A DNA stretch of 64,000 bases, taken from assembly GCA_965209055.1 (NCBI GenBank), contig OZ242374.1, forward strand, positions 338,713-402,712. Direction: 5' to 3'. The stretch is from Acidobacteriota bacterium. Lineage in GTDB: Bacteria > Acidobacteriota > UBA6911 > RPQK01 > JAJDTT01. Position numbers and translations under genes: made by a program. Of this stretch, positions 26,440 to 35,893 are shown piece after piece. Below the pieces are notes generated by a model. It had not been told where the DNA came from. It searched no databases and was given only the letters and a program-made list of their open reading frames with translations. Position 1 is the first letter of the stretch. Every line of letters starts with the position of its first letter.

Positions 26440-27870
26440 ATGAGAGTACGTATCGTGCTGACCAGTTTGATTATCAGCCTTGCCAACGGCGCCAGCGCCG
26501 AGGCCAGCTATGCCATCTACGTGGGGAAGAACCTGACCCGAGACGGCAGTGTCTTCCTCGGCGGATACGGCGACGAGCCGTCCAGTCATTGGTTGGAGAT
26601 CGTGCCTCGCCGGACGCATCCCCCCGGGTCCACTCTGACGGTGGGAGCGACTCCGGAATCCCGTTATCCCGGTGAGCTCATTCAGATCCCGCAGGCGCCC
26701 ATCACGTTTCGCTACCTGACCATGAACTATTCCTACTTCGCGGGTTTCCCGGCGCCCCTCACCAACGGCGGCCTGAACGAGCATGGCGTCGCCGCCCGGG
26801 ACGTGTCGTCGGGCTCCCGGATCGAGCTGCGGGAGATGACGCCCAATCCACAGCGCGGGCCGAACTACAGCGACCTGTCCCGGATCGTGATGGAACGGGC
26901 CCGCAGCGCGCGCGAGGCCGTCCGGATCGTGGGCGACCTGATCGGCGAGTACGGCTTCTCCACCTACGGAGGCAACTCCCACTTGTTCGCCGACGCCGAC
27001 GAGGGATGGATCCTGATCAACTTCGCGGGCGGTCAGGGACTCTGGATCGCCGAGCGATTGGGACCGGACGACATCCGGGTTTCTCGTGGGGGCTATATCC
27101 ATGAGGTGCCGCTCAACTACCGGGAGCATCCCGGCTTCATGGGATCCGCGAATCTGATTTCATTCGCCGTGGAACGGGGCTGGTTCGACCCGGGCTCGGG
27201 AGAACCCTTTCACGTGGGAAAGGTGTACGGACATTCGGCCGAAAAGGCCGCAGCGGTCCAGATGATCGAGGATCGCCTGCGGGCCCGGGCCGGCCGAATC
27301 GGACTGCCGGACATGATCGAGGTGGTCCGGACTCCGGAACTGACTCGCGATTCCGCCGGTTACGGTCAGGTGGCCCACCTGCGGAAAGGACTCCACCAGG
27401 AGTTGGAAACCTTGTGGGTGGCGCCGGCCCCTCCGGTAGCGGCGCCGTTCGTCCCCTACCGTATCGGCGTGCGGGACGTGCCGCCCGAATTCAAGAGGCA
27501 CCGCTACCTCACCGCAGGCGAGGCCACCCGCCACATCAGGGACCATCACATGGGGCCGGAATCGACGCGGTACGCGTTCCGCGCCTGCAAGCGCCTGTTC
27601 TATCTGGCCAAATCGCACGAGGAGAAATTCCTGCCGGAGGTCGTGGAAGCCTTGACCGCCTTCGAGTCCCGGCTGATTGACGAGCAGGTCGCGGTGGAGG
27701 GAATCGCGCTGGCGCTCTTGCAGGCCGGTGAACGGGATCTGGCCCAGGATGCCCTCACCTACTACAGCCGGACCGAAGCCCTGAATGGCCTCAGATTGGT
27801 GGAAGCCTTGTCCGAGGGTCTGGAGGCGCGCACCAAGGTGCTGTTCGGAATCCGCACGCCCGATCCCTGA
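26440..27870 (+). CDS. Secreted C69-like (Ntn-hydrolase) dipeptidase homologue
   Basis: Signal peptide MRVRIVLTSLIISLANGASAEA is followed by SYAIYVGKNLTRDGS. This aligns without gaps to the C69 N-terminus A-C-T-x-x-x-VGK-x-x-x-x-DGS, with Ser in place of the Cys. The ORF-track start at 26197 overlaps the IS scar, so ATG 26440 is preferred. Confidence 0.55.
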   Translation: MRVRIVLTSLIISLANGASAEASYAIYVGKNLTRDGSVFLGGYGDEPSSHWLEIVPRRTHPPGSTLTVGATPESRYPGELIQIPQAPITFRYLTMNYSYFAGFPAPLTNGGLNEHGVAARDVSSGSRIELREMTPNPQRGPNYSDLSRIVMERARSAREAVRIVGDLIGEYGFSTYGGNSHLFADADEGWILINFAGGQGLWIAERLGPDDIRVSRGGYIHEVPLNYREHPGFMGSANLISFAVERGWFDPGSGEPFHVGKVYGHSAEKAAAVQMIEDRLRARAGRIGLPDMIEVVRTPELTRDSAGYGQVAHLRKGLHQELETLWVAPAPPVAAPFVPYRIGVRDVPPEFKRHRYLTAGEATRHIRDHHMGPESTRYAFRACKRLFYLAKSHEEKFLPEVVEALTAFESRLIDEQVAVEGIALALLQAGERDLAQDALTYYSRTEALNGLRLVEALSEGLEARTKVLFGIRTPDP

Positions 27871-27880
27871 GGGTCCCGAC

Positions 27881-29497
27881 ATGTTCGTCGACGATCTGCG
27901 GACATCGTCTCTTTCGGCAATGCGCCCCGCCAACCCTTTCGCCGCAGCCGTCCCTTCGTTCCGATGCCGTAGACCGGAAGCCGCCTCTCGGCAGGCCGGG
28001 CCGCCGGCGGGGGGAATCCTCGACCTGTGGCGCCGCCGCGCACGCTTCGTATCGTTTGTGATCACTCTCTTCGCCCCGGCCCATGCCGGCGAGCCGGGTA
28101 GCGGCTCCGTTCTTCAATTCGGAGATCGAAAGCAGCTCCTGGTGGACGATCACGTCATTGCCGGGAAGCATCTCCTGGCGCGACGGCTCGGGCGTCCCGT
28201 CAAAGCGAATGGCGGCCGGCCGGTCATCGTCGACGACACGCCCTGGGAAGACTTCGGTGTGCCGATCGTCGGTTCCGTGCTGCGGGAGGACGGCCGGTTC
28301 CGCATCTGGTACCGGGCCGCCGGCTCCGGCCAGGATTCGGCGACCTACTGCTATGCCGAATCCCGGGACGGCGTCCGCTGGGTCAAGCCCCGGCTCGGAC
28401 TCGTGGAATTCGACGGCAGCCGGGCCAACAGCATCTATCAGATCGGCCGTCCCCAGGCGTACTGTCCCTTTCGGGATCCTAACGAGAAGGACCCGCGCCA
28501 CAAGTACAAGTCGGCCGTCGGAGCCGGAAGGGGATACGGCGCCACCACCGCCCTGGCCTATTCCCCCGACGGTCTTCGCTGGAGCTACTACGACCAGGGC
28601 CGGCCCATCACCGGGCGGGCCGCCGACACCATCAACCAGGTGCTCTGGGATCCGTATGCGAGGGTCTACCGCCTCTACACCCGTACCGACTATGGAACGG
28701 GAGGAGGGCAGGGAGAAATCCGGGGAACCCGGGACCTGGTGAACTCACAGGTGGATCTCCGCAATCGACCTGGAGACTGGACAACCGTGCGCGAGTGGTG
28801 TCTGGGGCGGGAGAACGGCAGAAGGGACTACGAGTGGACCCGCCAGATCTACAGCTTGAACGGATGGATCTACGAGGGTATCCAGTTCGGGTTGATCTGG
28901 TCGCTGGAAAGGCCGGGCGGCAGCGAGGAGATGGACTTCTATCTGGCCACCACTCGCCGGGATGACCCCTGGAACCTGGAGTGGGTGTACCGCGACCAGC
29001 CGTTCCTGCCCCGGGGTCCCGAGGGAAGCTTCGACGCCAAGTGGATCCAGCCGGCCCCCAACGTCGTCACCTGGGAGGACCGGCACTGGTTCTACTATGT
29101 CGGCCGTCCCCTTTCCCACAGCGGCCAGGGCAATGTCCGGGCGCCCACCGGCATCGGCCTGGCCACGGTCCCGCTGGACCGGTTCGTTTCGTTGACGGCA
29201 TCCCGCCGAATGGGCTGGGCCGTCACCCGGCCGTTTCGGGTCGAGGGCAGCGATTTGGGGGTCAATCTGGCAGCTCCGAACGGTGAACTCGCAGTCGAGG
29301 TGCTGGATGCCGAAGGTGAGCCCATCCCCGGTTTTTCCCGCGGGGAGTTCCTCGTCCTGCGGCAGGTCGACGAGCTGCGGGCGAAGGTGCGCTGGAAGAG
29401 TCGGCAGGACCTCAGCCAACTGCTGGGCAGAGTCGTGAAATTGCGTTTCTGGCTCCGTCAAGGAAGTCTCTACGCGTTTCGCATTCGCGGGGATTGA
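27881..29497 (+). CDS. Secreted beta-propeller, glycoside-hydrolase-like protein (paralogue of 17857..19362)
   Basis: Shared blocks with 17857..19362 (RIWYRAAG, ESRDGVRWVKPRLGLVEFDG). A hydrophobic N-terminal segment (FVSFVITLFAPAHA) is present. The start is uncertain; ATG 27881 is chosen, 10 nt after the upstream stop. Confidence 0.6.
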   Translation: MFVDDLRTSSLSAMRPANPFAAAVPSFRCRRPEAASRQAGPPAGGILDLWRRRARFVSFVITLFAPAHAGEPGSGSVLQFGDRKQLLVDDHVIAGKHLLARRLGRPVKANGGRPVIVDDTPWEDFGVPIVGSVLREDGRFRIWYRAAGSGQDSATYCYAESRDGVRWVKPRLGLVEFDGSRANSIYQIGRPQAYCPFRDPNEKDPRHKYKSAVGAGRGYGATTALAYSPDGLRWSYYDQGRPITGRAADTINQVLWDPYARVYRLYTRTDYGTGGGQGEIRGTRDLVNSQVDLRNRPGDWTTVREWCLGRENGRRDYEWTRQIYSLNGWIYEGIQFGLIWSLERPGGSEEMDFYLATTRRDDPWNLEWVYRDQPFLPRGPEGSFDAKWIQPAPNVVTWEDRHWFYYVGRPLSHSGQGNVRAPTGIGLATVPLDRFVSLTASRRMGWAVTRPFRVEGSDLGVNLAAPNGELAVEVLDAEGEPIPGFSRGEFLVLRQVDELRAKVRWKSRQDLSQLLGRVVKLRFWLRQGSLYAFRIRGD

Positions 29498-29538
29498 ATG
29501 CTCCGAAGCCGGGGGAAGACGCCATGATGAAGGGGACA

Positions 29539-29570
29539 GTCCCGTTTTCACTCGGTCCCGTTTTCACTCG
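29539..29570. repeat. Perfect 16-nt tandem duplication (gtcccgttttcactcg x2)
   Basis: Read directly at 29539-29554 and 29555-29570, inside the 446-nt gap upstream of the Gfo/Idh/MocA gene. Confidence 0.9.
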
Positions 29571-29943
29571 CCGCTTCCCACAGGTCGGCCAATTGTCGAT
29601 CGCATCAGCGTCCAATCGATATTTAAAGATCGTCTGATCGATTAACGTACCGCGGTGGAGCGAGCCGCAATGAGCGCGCCGACGGAGTTGAGTCCGGCCG
29701 CGGCGCCGGGTTTCGTCACGGCCTGGGGACCCCCGCCGCGATGATGTCGACGTTGATTTGGCGGTCCCACGAAAGGATCTCCTCATCGACAAATTTGATT
29801 CTCTTTCCGGAAAAGTCTCGCCGAAGAGGGTGGCGCCTCAGGGAGCGTGGCCACTACAATCGCCGTGCCGCCGGCGGTCCGCACGATTCTGAATCGCTTA
29901 CGCCAGCGGGTTTGGATCGAACCTGGGATCTGGAGGGATTGGA

Positions 29944-31176
29944 ATGCAGAGACGCAGTTTTCTTGGCTACGCGCTGCCTTCGGTGGCGGCGGCGGGAAGC
30001 TTGGGACGGGAAGCCTTGGGGGGCGGCGAACCGCTGGGGTCCAGCAGCGGTGTCCTTCCACCGAGACCCGGACCCAGCTCCATCCGGGAAGGATCGCTGG
30101 TGATGGGAGCCATCTCCGGCCACGGCCATGCGGGAGGGCACGTGCGGGTCCTGGACCAACTTCCCGAGGTGGGCAAGATCCACGTCTGCGCCGCCACCGA
30201 TCTGGCCGACGTCGAAAAACTCGCCTCCGAATCCTCCAAGGTGGCCACGAAATCCGCCGATCTGGGCAAATTCCTGGCGAGAGACGACCTGGACGCGGTG
30301 ACGGTCTGCGCCCGTCCCGACCAGGCGCCCGGCATTCTGGAGCAGGTCGTCTCAGCCGGTCTGCCGGTCCTTTACGACAAACCGGCGACCACCCATTCCT
30401 CCCACCTCCGCCGGGTTGCGGAAGTGGCGGAAGAGAAGGGTGTGACGGCCGGCGCCATGCTGCAGTGGCGCTACAATCCCATGGTCATGGACTTCAAGCG
30501 CGCCCTGGACGACGGAGCCCTGGGCCGCGTCATGACCATCGAGGCCAAGCTCCTGAACGGTCTGGTGGAATACCGGGACACCTCCAGCTACATCTTCGAT
30601 CCCAAGACCGCGGGCAGCGGAATCATGTCCTGGTTGGGGTGCCACTGCCTGGACTTGGTGCTGTACCTGATGCAGGAGCGGGTGGTCGAAGTCATGGCGC
30701 TGGTGGGCAACCTGAATCCGGAGCAGATTCCCGTCGAAGACACGGGTTTGCTATTGCTGAGCTTCGAGAGCGGCAAGATGGGAACGTTCCAGGCCGGATA
30801 TCACTTGAAGGGGAGCCGGGCCGTCTACGACTTCTACGTCGGCATGCGGGGAACGGAAGGGTATTCCATTTTGCCGCTGGTGGAGCCGGTGGAGCACGGG
30901 ACGACGAATGCCGCCGTTGCGGGCGGAACCTACACCCTCTACAGCGAGGCCCGGCATTGGGTCAGCGGCCGCCGTCACCGCAAGACCTACATGATTCCCC
31001 AGACGCCGGGCTACGGCGGCATCATGGCCGAAGAACTCTTTCGCGATTTCCTGGAGGCGTCCCGAACCGGGGCCCCGGCGCCGTCGCCGATTCAGGACAA
31101 CGTCCACATGCTGGAGATCATCGAAGCGGCGAAGGAGTCGTCGGCCACCCGCCGGGCCGTGCGAATTCCGGCGTGA
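29944..31176 (+). CDS. Tat-exported Gfo/Idh/MocA family oxidoreductase
   Basis: Twin-arginine signal MQRRSFLGYALPSVAAAGSLG. Rossmann-type N-terminus (MGAISGHGHAGGHV) and Gfo/Idh/MocA-like length and layout. Confidence 0.75.
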   Translation: MQRRSFLGYALPSVAAAGSLGREALGGGEPLGSSSGVLPPRPGPSSIREGSLVMGAISGHGHAGGHVRVLDQLPEVGKIHVCAATDLADVEKLASESSKVATKSADLGKFLARDDLDAVTVCARPDQAPGILEQVVSAGLPVLYDKPATTHSSHLRRVAEVAEEKGVTAGAMLQWRYNPMVMDFKRALDDGALGRVMTIEAKLLNGLVEYRDTSSYIFDPKTAGSGIMSWLGCHCLDLVLYLMQERVVEVMALVGNLNPEQIPVEDTGLLLLSFESGKMGTFQAGYHLKGSRAVYDFYVGMRGTEGYSILPLVEPVEHGTTNAAVAGGTYTLYSEARHWVSGRRHRKTYMIPQTPGYGGIMAEELFRDFLEASRTGAPAPSPIQDNVHMLEIIEAAKESSATRRAVRIPA

Positions 31177-31238
31177 CGAACAGTTGACAGGGTTCAAGAG
31201 CCGGAGGCCGCTTTGACCGGCCTCACGGGAGGATCCTC

Positions 31239-32912
31239 GTGGCGAAGAAGCTGAGCCGGAGGGAGTTTCAACGGAACGTGGGTGCGCTGACGCTGGCGGG
31301 GACCGGTGTGGCGTCGGCGGGACCGTCCGAGGCCGGGACCCAGCGCCTGTCGCTGCCTCCGCTGTTCTACAACAACGACGGCAGCTTCCTCTTCTTCCCG
31401 GACCCGCCCAGGACGCCTGAGGACTTCGTCTACGAAGCGGTGGGCCGGTTTGCCGGAACCCAGATCGGCGCCGTGGTCTGCCACATGTTCGGGTTCGGCG
31501 ACGCGGTTCCCCTGTTTCCCACCCGGGTTCGGGAGGCGGAGGGGATCGACCGGGACAGCTTTCTCCACGTCAGCGAGTGGAAACAGCAGACTTGTATCCG
31601 CGGACTGCTGGACCAGGGCATCGATCCCTGGCAGCTCTCTCTGGAACGGGCCCACGAAGCCGGCATGCAGTACTGGATCGGCATGCGTTTCAATGACCTG
31701 CATGGACCCCGCTTCCAATGGCCCAGCCGGTTCCGGGTCGCCCATCGGGAGTACGAGCTGGGGGAAAACTGCGGCACCGGGGTCCACGGTCCCGAAAGCG
31801 TCTACGGCGAGAAATGCGTCGGCCTCAATTTCGCCATTCCCGAGGTCCGGGCGCACCGGCTCGAGCTGATCGAGGACGTGTGCACCCGTTACGACGCGGA
31901 AGGTTTCGAGTGGGACCTCCTGCGCGAGCCGGGCCATTTTTTCCCCGACATTGACCGGGGAAGGACGACCCTGACCGGGTATCTGCGGGAGGCCCGGGCC
32001 CTGTTCCAACGCATCGGAAGCGACCGGGGCCGGCCCCTGGGATTCGGAGTCCGGGTCCCGGCGACGCTGGAGAAGTGCCATGAGATCGGACTGGAGCTGA
32101 AGACCTGGATCCACGAGGGGTTGGTCGACTACATCTCTCCAGGCGTCCATTGGGACACGGCCACCGGCATGCCCTACGACGAGTTCGTGGCTCTGGCGAA
32201 GGGGACTTCCTGCAAGGTCTACGCTTGTACCTCCGAACAGGTGGGCCCGGGCTACCATCGGCGGCCGCCTGCCGCGACGCTCCGGGCCGGCGCCGCCAAC
32301 GCCTGGCGCCAGGGAGTCGACGGGATCTACATGTTCAACTTCCACCACCACATCGGCCACAACCTGAAGGAAGCCGAAGTGGTGTTCCAGGAGCTGGGTG
32401 ATCCCAAGACGCTGGAGCACAAGGACAAGCTCTACACCGAGGTCGGATGTTACGACTGCCTGAAGAAGTACCCTCGCAGCAGCGACGTCTTCCAGGCCTT
32501 CGTTCACCAGTTGCCCGAGGCGCTGGCCGAGGGGAAGACCAAGACGGTGGATGTCCTGGTGGCCGACGATCTGGACATGGCGCGGCGAAGGGGCATGCTC
32601 CAGGAGATCAGGTTGAGCCTGACCGTGGTGGGCCTGACCTGGGAGGATGTCCTGGAGTTGAACTGGAACGGGAGTCCGTTGCCCGAAAACCCTCGGCTGG
32701 AGATCCCCATGAACCGGGTCGGTCCGGGGCCCATCGAGTACCAGGGCAACTACATCATGTCCTACGACCTGACGCACGGAGACTGGATCCGGCAGGGGGT
32801 CAACCGGCTGGAGGCCACCCTCCAGAAGCGCAACCCCCAGGTCCGCGTCGAAATGATCCTCCACAGCCTGGAGTTGACCATCGAGTACCGGACGCTGCCC
32901 ACCCGGGTATGA
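31239..32912 (+). CDS. Tat-exported hypothetical protein, possibly TIM-barrel glycoside-hydrolase-like
   Basis: Twin-arginine signal SRREFQRNVGALTLAGTGVASA. Alternating beta/alpha-like blocks are present (MQYWIGMRFNDLH, GFEWDLLREP, DGIYMFNF). The family is not resolved. Confidence 0.55.
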   Translation: MAKKLSRREFQRNVGALTLAGTGVASAGPSEAGTQRLSLPPLFYNNDGSFLFFPDPPRTPEDFVYEAVGRFAGTQIGAVVCHMFGFGDAVPLFPTRVREAEGIDRDSFLHVSEWKQQTCIRGLLDQGIDPWQLSLERAHEAGMQYWIGMRFNDLHGPRFQWPSRFRVAHREYELGENCGTGVHGPESVYGEKCVGLNFAIPEVRAHRLELIEDVCTRYDAEGFEWDLLREPGHFFPDIDRGRTTLTGYLREARALFQRIGSDRGRPLGFGVRVPATLEKCHEIGLELKTWIHEGLVDYISPGVHWDTATGMPYDEFVALAKGTSCKVYACTSEQVGPGYHRRPPAATLRAGAANAWRQGVDGIYMFNFHHHIGHNLKEAEVVFQELGDPKTLEHKDKLYTEVGCYDCLKKYPRSSDVFQAFVHQLPEALAEGKTKTVDVLVADDLDMARRRGMLQEIRLSLTVVGLTWEDVLELNWNGSPLPENPRLEIPMNRVGPGPIEYQGNYIMSYDLTHGDWIRQGVNRLEATLQKRNPQVRVEMILHSLELTIEYRTLPTRV

Positions 32913-32920
32913 GCCGGAAG

Positions 32921-32939
32921 CGGCGGTTGCCAACCGCCG
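32921..32939. terminator. Hairpin related to the REP-like unit stem
   Basis: CGGCGGTTG-c-CAACCGCCG, 9 nt after the stop of 31239..32912. It has the same CGGCGGTT/AACCGCCG stem as the repeats at 10634 and 52549. Confidence 0.4.
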
Positions 32940-32959
32940 ACGAAAGGAGACAACAGCGC

Positions 32960-34087
32960 ATGAACGGTGACACCGACGGTGGAGCGCGATCCATCAAATA
33001 CGGCATGTTCATCATGCCCTACCATCCTTCCGGCAAGCCGCTGGCCCAGTGCTTCGACGAGGACGTCGAACTGGTCATCCGGGCGGAGGAGCTCGGTTTC
33101 GACGAGTTCTGGATCGGCGAGCACCACACCATGAGGTTCGAGCCCATCGTGGTCCCGGAGGTGTTCATCGGACGGGTCCTCGGAGTGACGGAGCGGATTC
33201 GACTGGGAGCCGCGCCCGTATGCCTCAATCTGCACCATCCGGCGTACGTGGCCACGCGGCTCGGGTTTCTGGATCATCTGTCCAAAGGAAGGCTCAATCT
33301 CTGCTTCGCGCCCAACAGCGTCAGCACCGACATGGAGCTCTACGGCTACCATCCGAAAGATGGCGGCGCCATGACGAGGGAAGCGCTGGACGTCATCCTC
33401 GACTTGTGGGCGTCGGACCCGCCGTACCATCACGAAGGCAAATTCTGGCAGTTCTCGCTGGAAGAGAACGTCGACGAGGCGACGGGGATCGGATTCATTT
33501 TCAAGCCTCTGCAGCAGCCGCATCCACCCATCGCCATGCCGGGCCTCAGCCGCAACTCGGGCACCCTCACCCTGGCCGGCCAGCGCGGGTACGCTCCCTT
33601 CTCGGCCGCCCTGGCTACCGGAAACGTCCTGGCGGACAACTGGGCCACCTACGCCCGGGCCGCCGCCGAAGCGGGCCGCGAACCCGATCCCGGGGCCTGG
33701 AAGGTCTGCCGCGCCATCTTCCTGGCCGACACGACCGAGGAGGCGGTGAAGCTCGCCCGCAACAACTCGGTGGGGGGAAACTACGAGTACATCGCGTCCC
33801 TGATGGACAACTCACTGGGGCACCGGGACATCCTGAAGCGCGACCTCGACATGCCGGACGCCGAGTGCAACATGGATTTCTGGCTCAAGGAGCAGATCAT
33901 CGCCGGCGACGTCGACGAAGTGCTCCGGCGGTTGCTGGAGCTCATGGAAGAGAGCGGACCTTTCGGCACCCTGGTCCTGATGGGCTTCGACTGGGACGAC
34001 AAGCCGAGTTGGATCCGCAACCTGGAACTGTTCGCCAAGGAGCTGATGCCCGCCTTGAACAAGGCCGTTTCCGGCGTTACGGCGTGA
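32960..34087 (+). CDS. Luciferase-like (LLM class) flavin-dependent monooxygenase
   Basis: IKYGMFIMPYH ... ELGFDEFWIGEHH is a typical LLM N-terminus. SD AAAGGAGA lies at 32943-32950. The ORF-track 5' extension to 32447 overlaps the previous gene. Confidence 0.8.
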   Translation: MNGDTDGGARSIKYGMFIMPYHPSGKPLAQCFDEDVELVIRAEELGFDEFWIGEHHTMRFEPIVVPEVFIGRVLGVTERIRLGAAPVCLNLHHPAYVATRLGFLDHLSKGRLNLCFAPNSVSTDMELYGYHPKDGGAMTREALDVILDLWASDPPYHHEGKFWQFSLEENVDEATGIGFIFKPLQQPHPPIAMPGLSRNSGTLTLAGQRGYAPFSAALATGNVLADNWATYARAAAEAGREPDPGAWKVCRAIFLADTTEEAVKLARNNSVGGNYEYIASLMDNSLGHRDILKRDLDMPDAECNMDFWLKEQIIAGDVDEVLRRLLELMEESGPFGTLVLMGFDWDDKPSWIRNLELFAKELMPALNKAVSGVTA

Positions 34088-34247
34088 ACGCCTCCGGTGT
34101 GCTGAGCTGCCTGTAGAGGGGATGGAATCTGACTTATTGCAGGCAGGTTCGGCCAGATTCCTGTGGCAGCATGATGGTAGTTGGCGCCTCTTGGATCCAA
34201 GTTTTTCGGAAAGCGGACGGAAGGCGCTTAGCCGAGGAGGAGACCGG

Positions 34248-34943
34248 ATGTTCGATCGAGCAGCAGGGGACCTCCGCGAGCTTCCCTCCTACACAGTTTC
34301 CGAGGTTGCGCACTACCTTACCGTGCCGCCGTCGACCATCCGGTTTTGGTCCGTTGGCCGGGGTCCTTATGAGCCACTCATTGAACTCCCCGACTGTTCC
34401 CCAAACAACCCAACGCTGCTCTCGTTCCTTAACCTCGTTGAACTCCACGTTCTCGCTGCCGTCAGGCGCAAGCATGTTGTAGCAATGCCGAAGGTCCGAA
34501 AGGCCATCAAGTACTTGATGGAGACCGCTCCATCCGTAACCGACCAGCGGCATCCGTTGATCAGTTACGAAATGGAGACAGATGGCCTGGATCTGTTCAT
34601 CGAACGCTATGGACGGCTGATCAATATCAGTCAGTCGGGTCAGTTGGCGATGCGGGAGCTTCTCCAAACTGCCTTACATCGGATCGTTCGCGACTCCCGC
34701 AAGGTGCCCATCAGGCTGTATCCATTCACCCGAACCGAAATGCGAGATGCACCCGAGATGGTGGTCATAGACCCAAGGCTGTCTGCTGGCCGACCCGTGA
34801 TCGCCGGAACCGGGCTCACAACCCAGATCATTGCCGAGCGCTACAAGGCGGGTGAGTCAGTCACCCAGCTAGCAAGAGACTACGGGCGTGAAGAATCGGA
34901 AATCGAAGAAGCGCTCCGGTGTGAGATCAAGCTCGCCGCGTGA
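34248..34943 (+). CDS. DUF433-domain antitoxin-like protein (VapB45-like)
   Basis: C-terminal DUF433 pattern LSAGRPVIAGTGLTTQIIAERYKAGESVTQLARDYGREESEIEEAL. N-terminal HTH-like YTVSEVAHYLTVPPSTIRFW. SD GAGGAGG lies before ATG 34248. Confidence 0.7.
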   Translation: MFDRAAGDLRELPSYTVSEVAHYLTVPPSTIRFWSVGRGPYEPLIELPDCSPNNPTLLSFLNLVELHVLAAVRRKHVVAMPKVRKAIKYLMETAPSVTDQRHPLISYEMETDGLDLFIERYGRLINISQSGQLAMRELLQTALHRIVRDSRKVPIRLYPFTRTEMRDAPEMVVIDPRLSAGRPVIAGTGLTTQIIAERYKAGESVTQLARDYGREESEIEEALRCEIKLAA

Positions 34944-34994
34944 GGAACCCGCCCTCTTCCTGGATCGCAATCTCGGACTGGTGAGAGGTTCAGG

Positions 34995-35753
34995 TCAGGC
35001 CAGGGCCGCTCCGTCGACGTTCATCACTTGGCCGGCGACGAATGAGGCTTTGTCGGAACACAACCAAACGATGGCCTCGGCGATTTCCTCGGGCCGTCCC
35101 ATGCGGCCGATTCTAAGAGAGTCTCGGTATTCCTTGACCTTGTCCGGATAGTCCACTTCCTGCTGGTCGACCATTTCAGTCTGGACGAACCCGGGATTGA
35201 TGGCGTTCACACGGATGTTCCTGGCGACCAGATCGACCGCGGCCGCCCGTGTCAGCATGGTGACAGCCACCTTGGACGCTCCATAAACCGCCAGGTCGGG
35301 GGTTCCCGCCCCACCGGCGACAGAGGCGATGTTCACGATCACTCCGGACCCCTGCCGAAGCATCTGGATGATTTCATATTTCATGCACAGCCAGATGCCC
35401 TTGGTGTTGGTCGCCATCACACGATCGTAGTTTTCCTCGGTGCACTCATGGATCTTGCCCATTTCTCCCAGAATGCCGGCGACGTTGATCCCGCAATCCA
35501 GCCGGCCATGGCGGCTCACGCAGGCCTGGACCAGCGCCTCGACTTCGGCGGCGTTCGACACATCGCAGCCAACGGCCATCGCCTCCCCACCGGCCGCTTG
35601 GACCAACCGGACGGTCTGGCTCGCTTGGTCCTGTTGCACATCAGCCACGACCACTTTGGCGCCTTCCCGGGCAAGCAGTAGACAGGTGGCTCGGCCAATT
35701 CCTGAGGCCCCGCCCGTTACCAAAGCAATTCGGTTGTTGAGACTGGCTGCCAT
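34995..35753 (-). CDS. Short-chain dehydrogenase/reductase (FabG-like)
   Basis: TGGASGIGRA (TGxxxGxG) and catalytic YGASK (YxxxK); 252 aa. Confidence 0.85.
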   Translation of the reverse strand: MAASLNNRIALVTGGASGIGRATCLLLAREGAKVVVADVQQDQASQTVRLVQAAGGEAMAVGCDVSNAAEVEALVQACVSRHGRLDCGINVAGILGEMGKIHECTEENYDRVMATNTKGIWLCMKYEIIQMLRQGSGVIVNIASVAGGAGTPDLAVYGASKVAVTMLTRAAAVDLVARNIRVNAINPGFVQTEMVDQQEVDYPDKVKEYRDSLRIGRMGRPEEIAEAIVWLCSDKASFVAGQVMNVDGAALA

Positions 35754-35893
35754 GAGAACCTCCTTCGAGCGTCAATGGTTTTTTCGGATCTCCGGACGAG
35801 AATTCCTATTGTCACTAATCGTTTCTCTCTGTTTCCAGATCTATTGAAAGATGACCGGGAGCTCCAACGCCGCTCTTGGGGAAACCTGGTCCA

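Noticed and set aside
29847-31187. A 446-aa ORF in a different frame over the Gfo/Idh/MocA gene, and similarly 33049-34116 over the LLM gene.
   Set aside because: The chosen frames carry the Tat signal/Rossmann and LLM motifs respectively. The alternatives are Arg/Gly-rich shadow frames.
31194-32933. A 579-aa minus-strand ORF covering the whole Tat-exported 557-aa gene.
   Set aside because: It is an antisense shadow ORF with a skewed composition (many V/G/P/D/Q runs). The plus-strand frame has a twin-arginine signal and sits in operon context.
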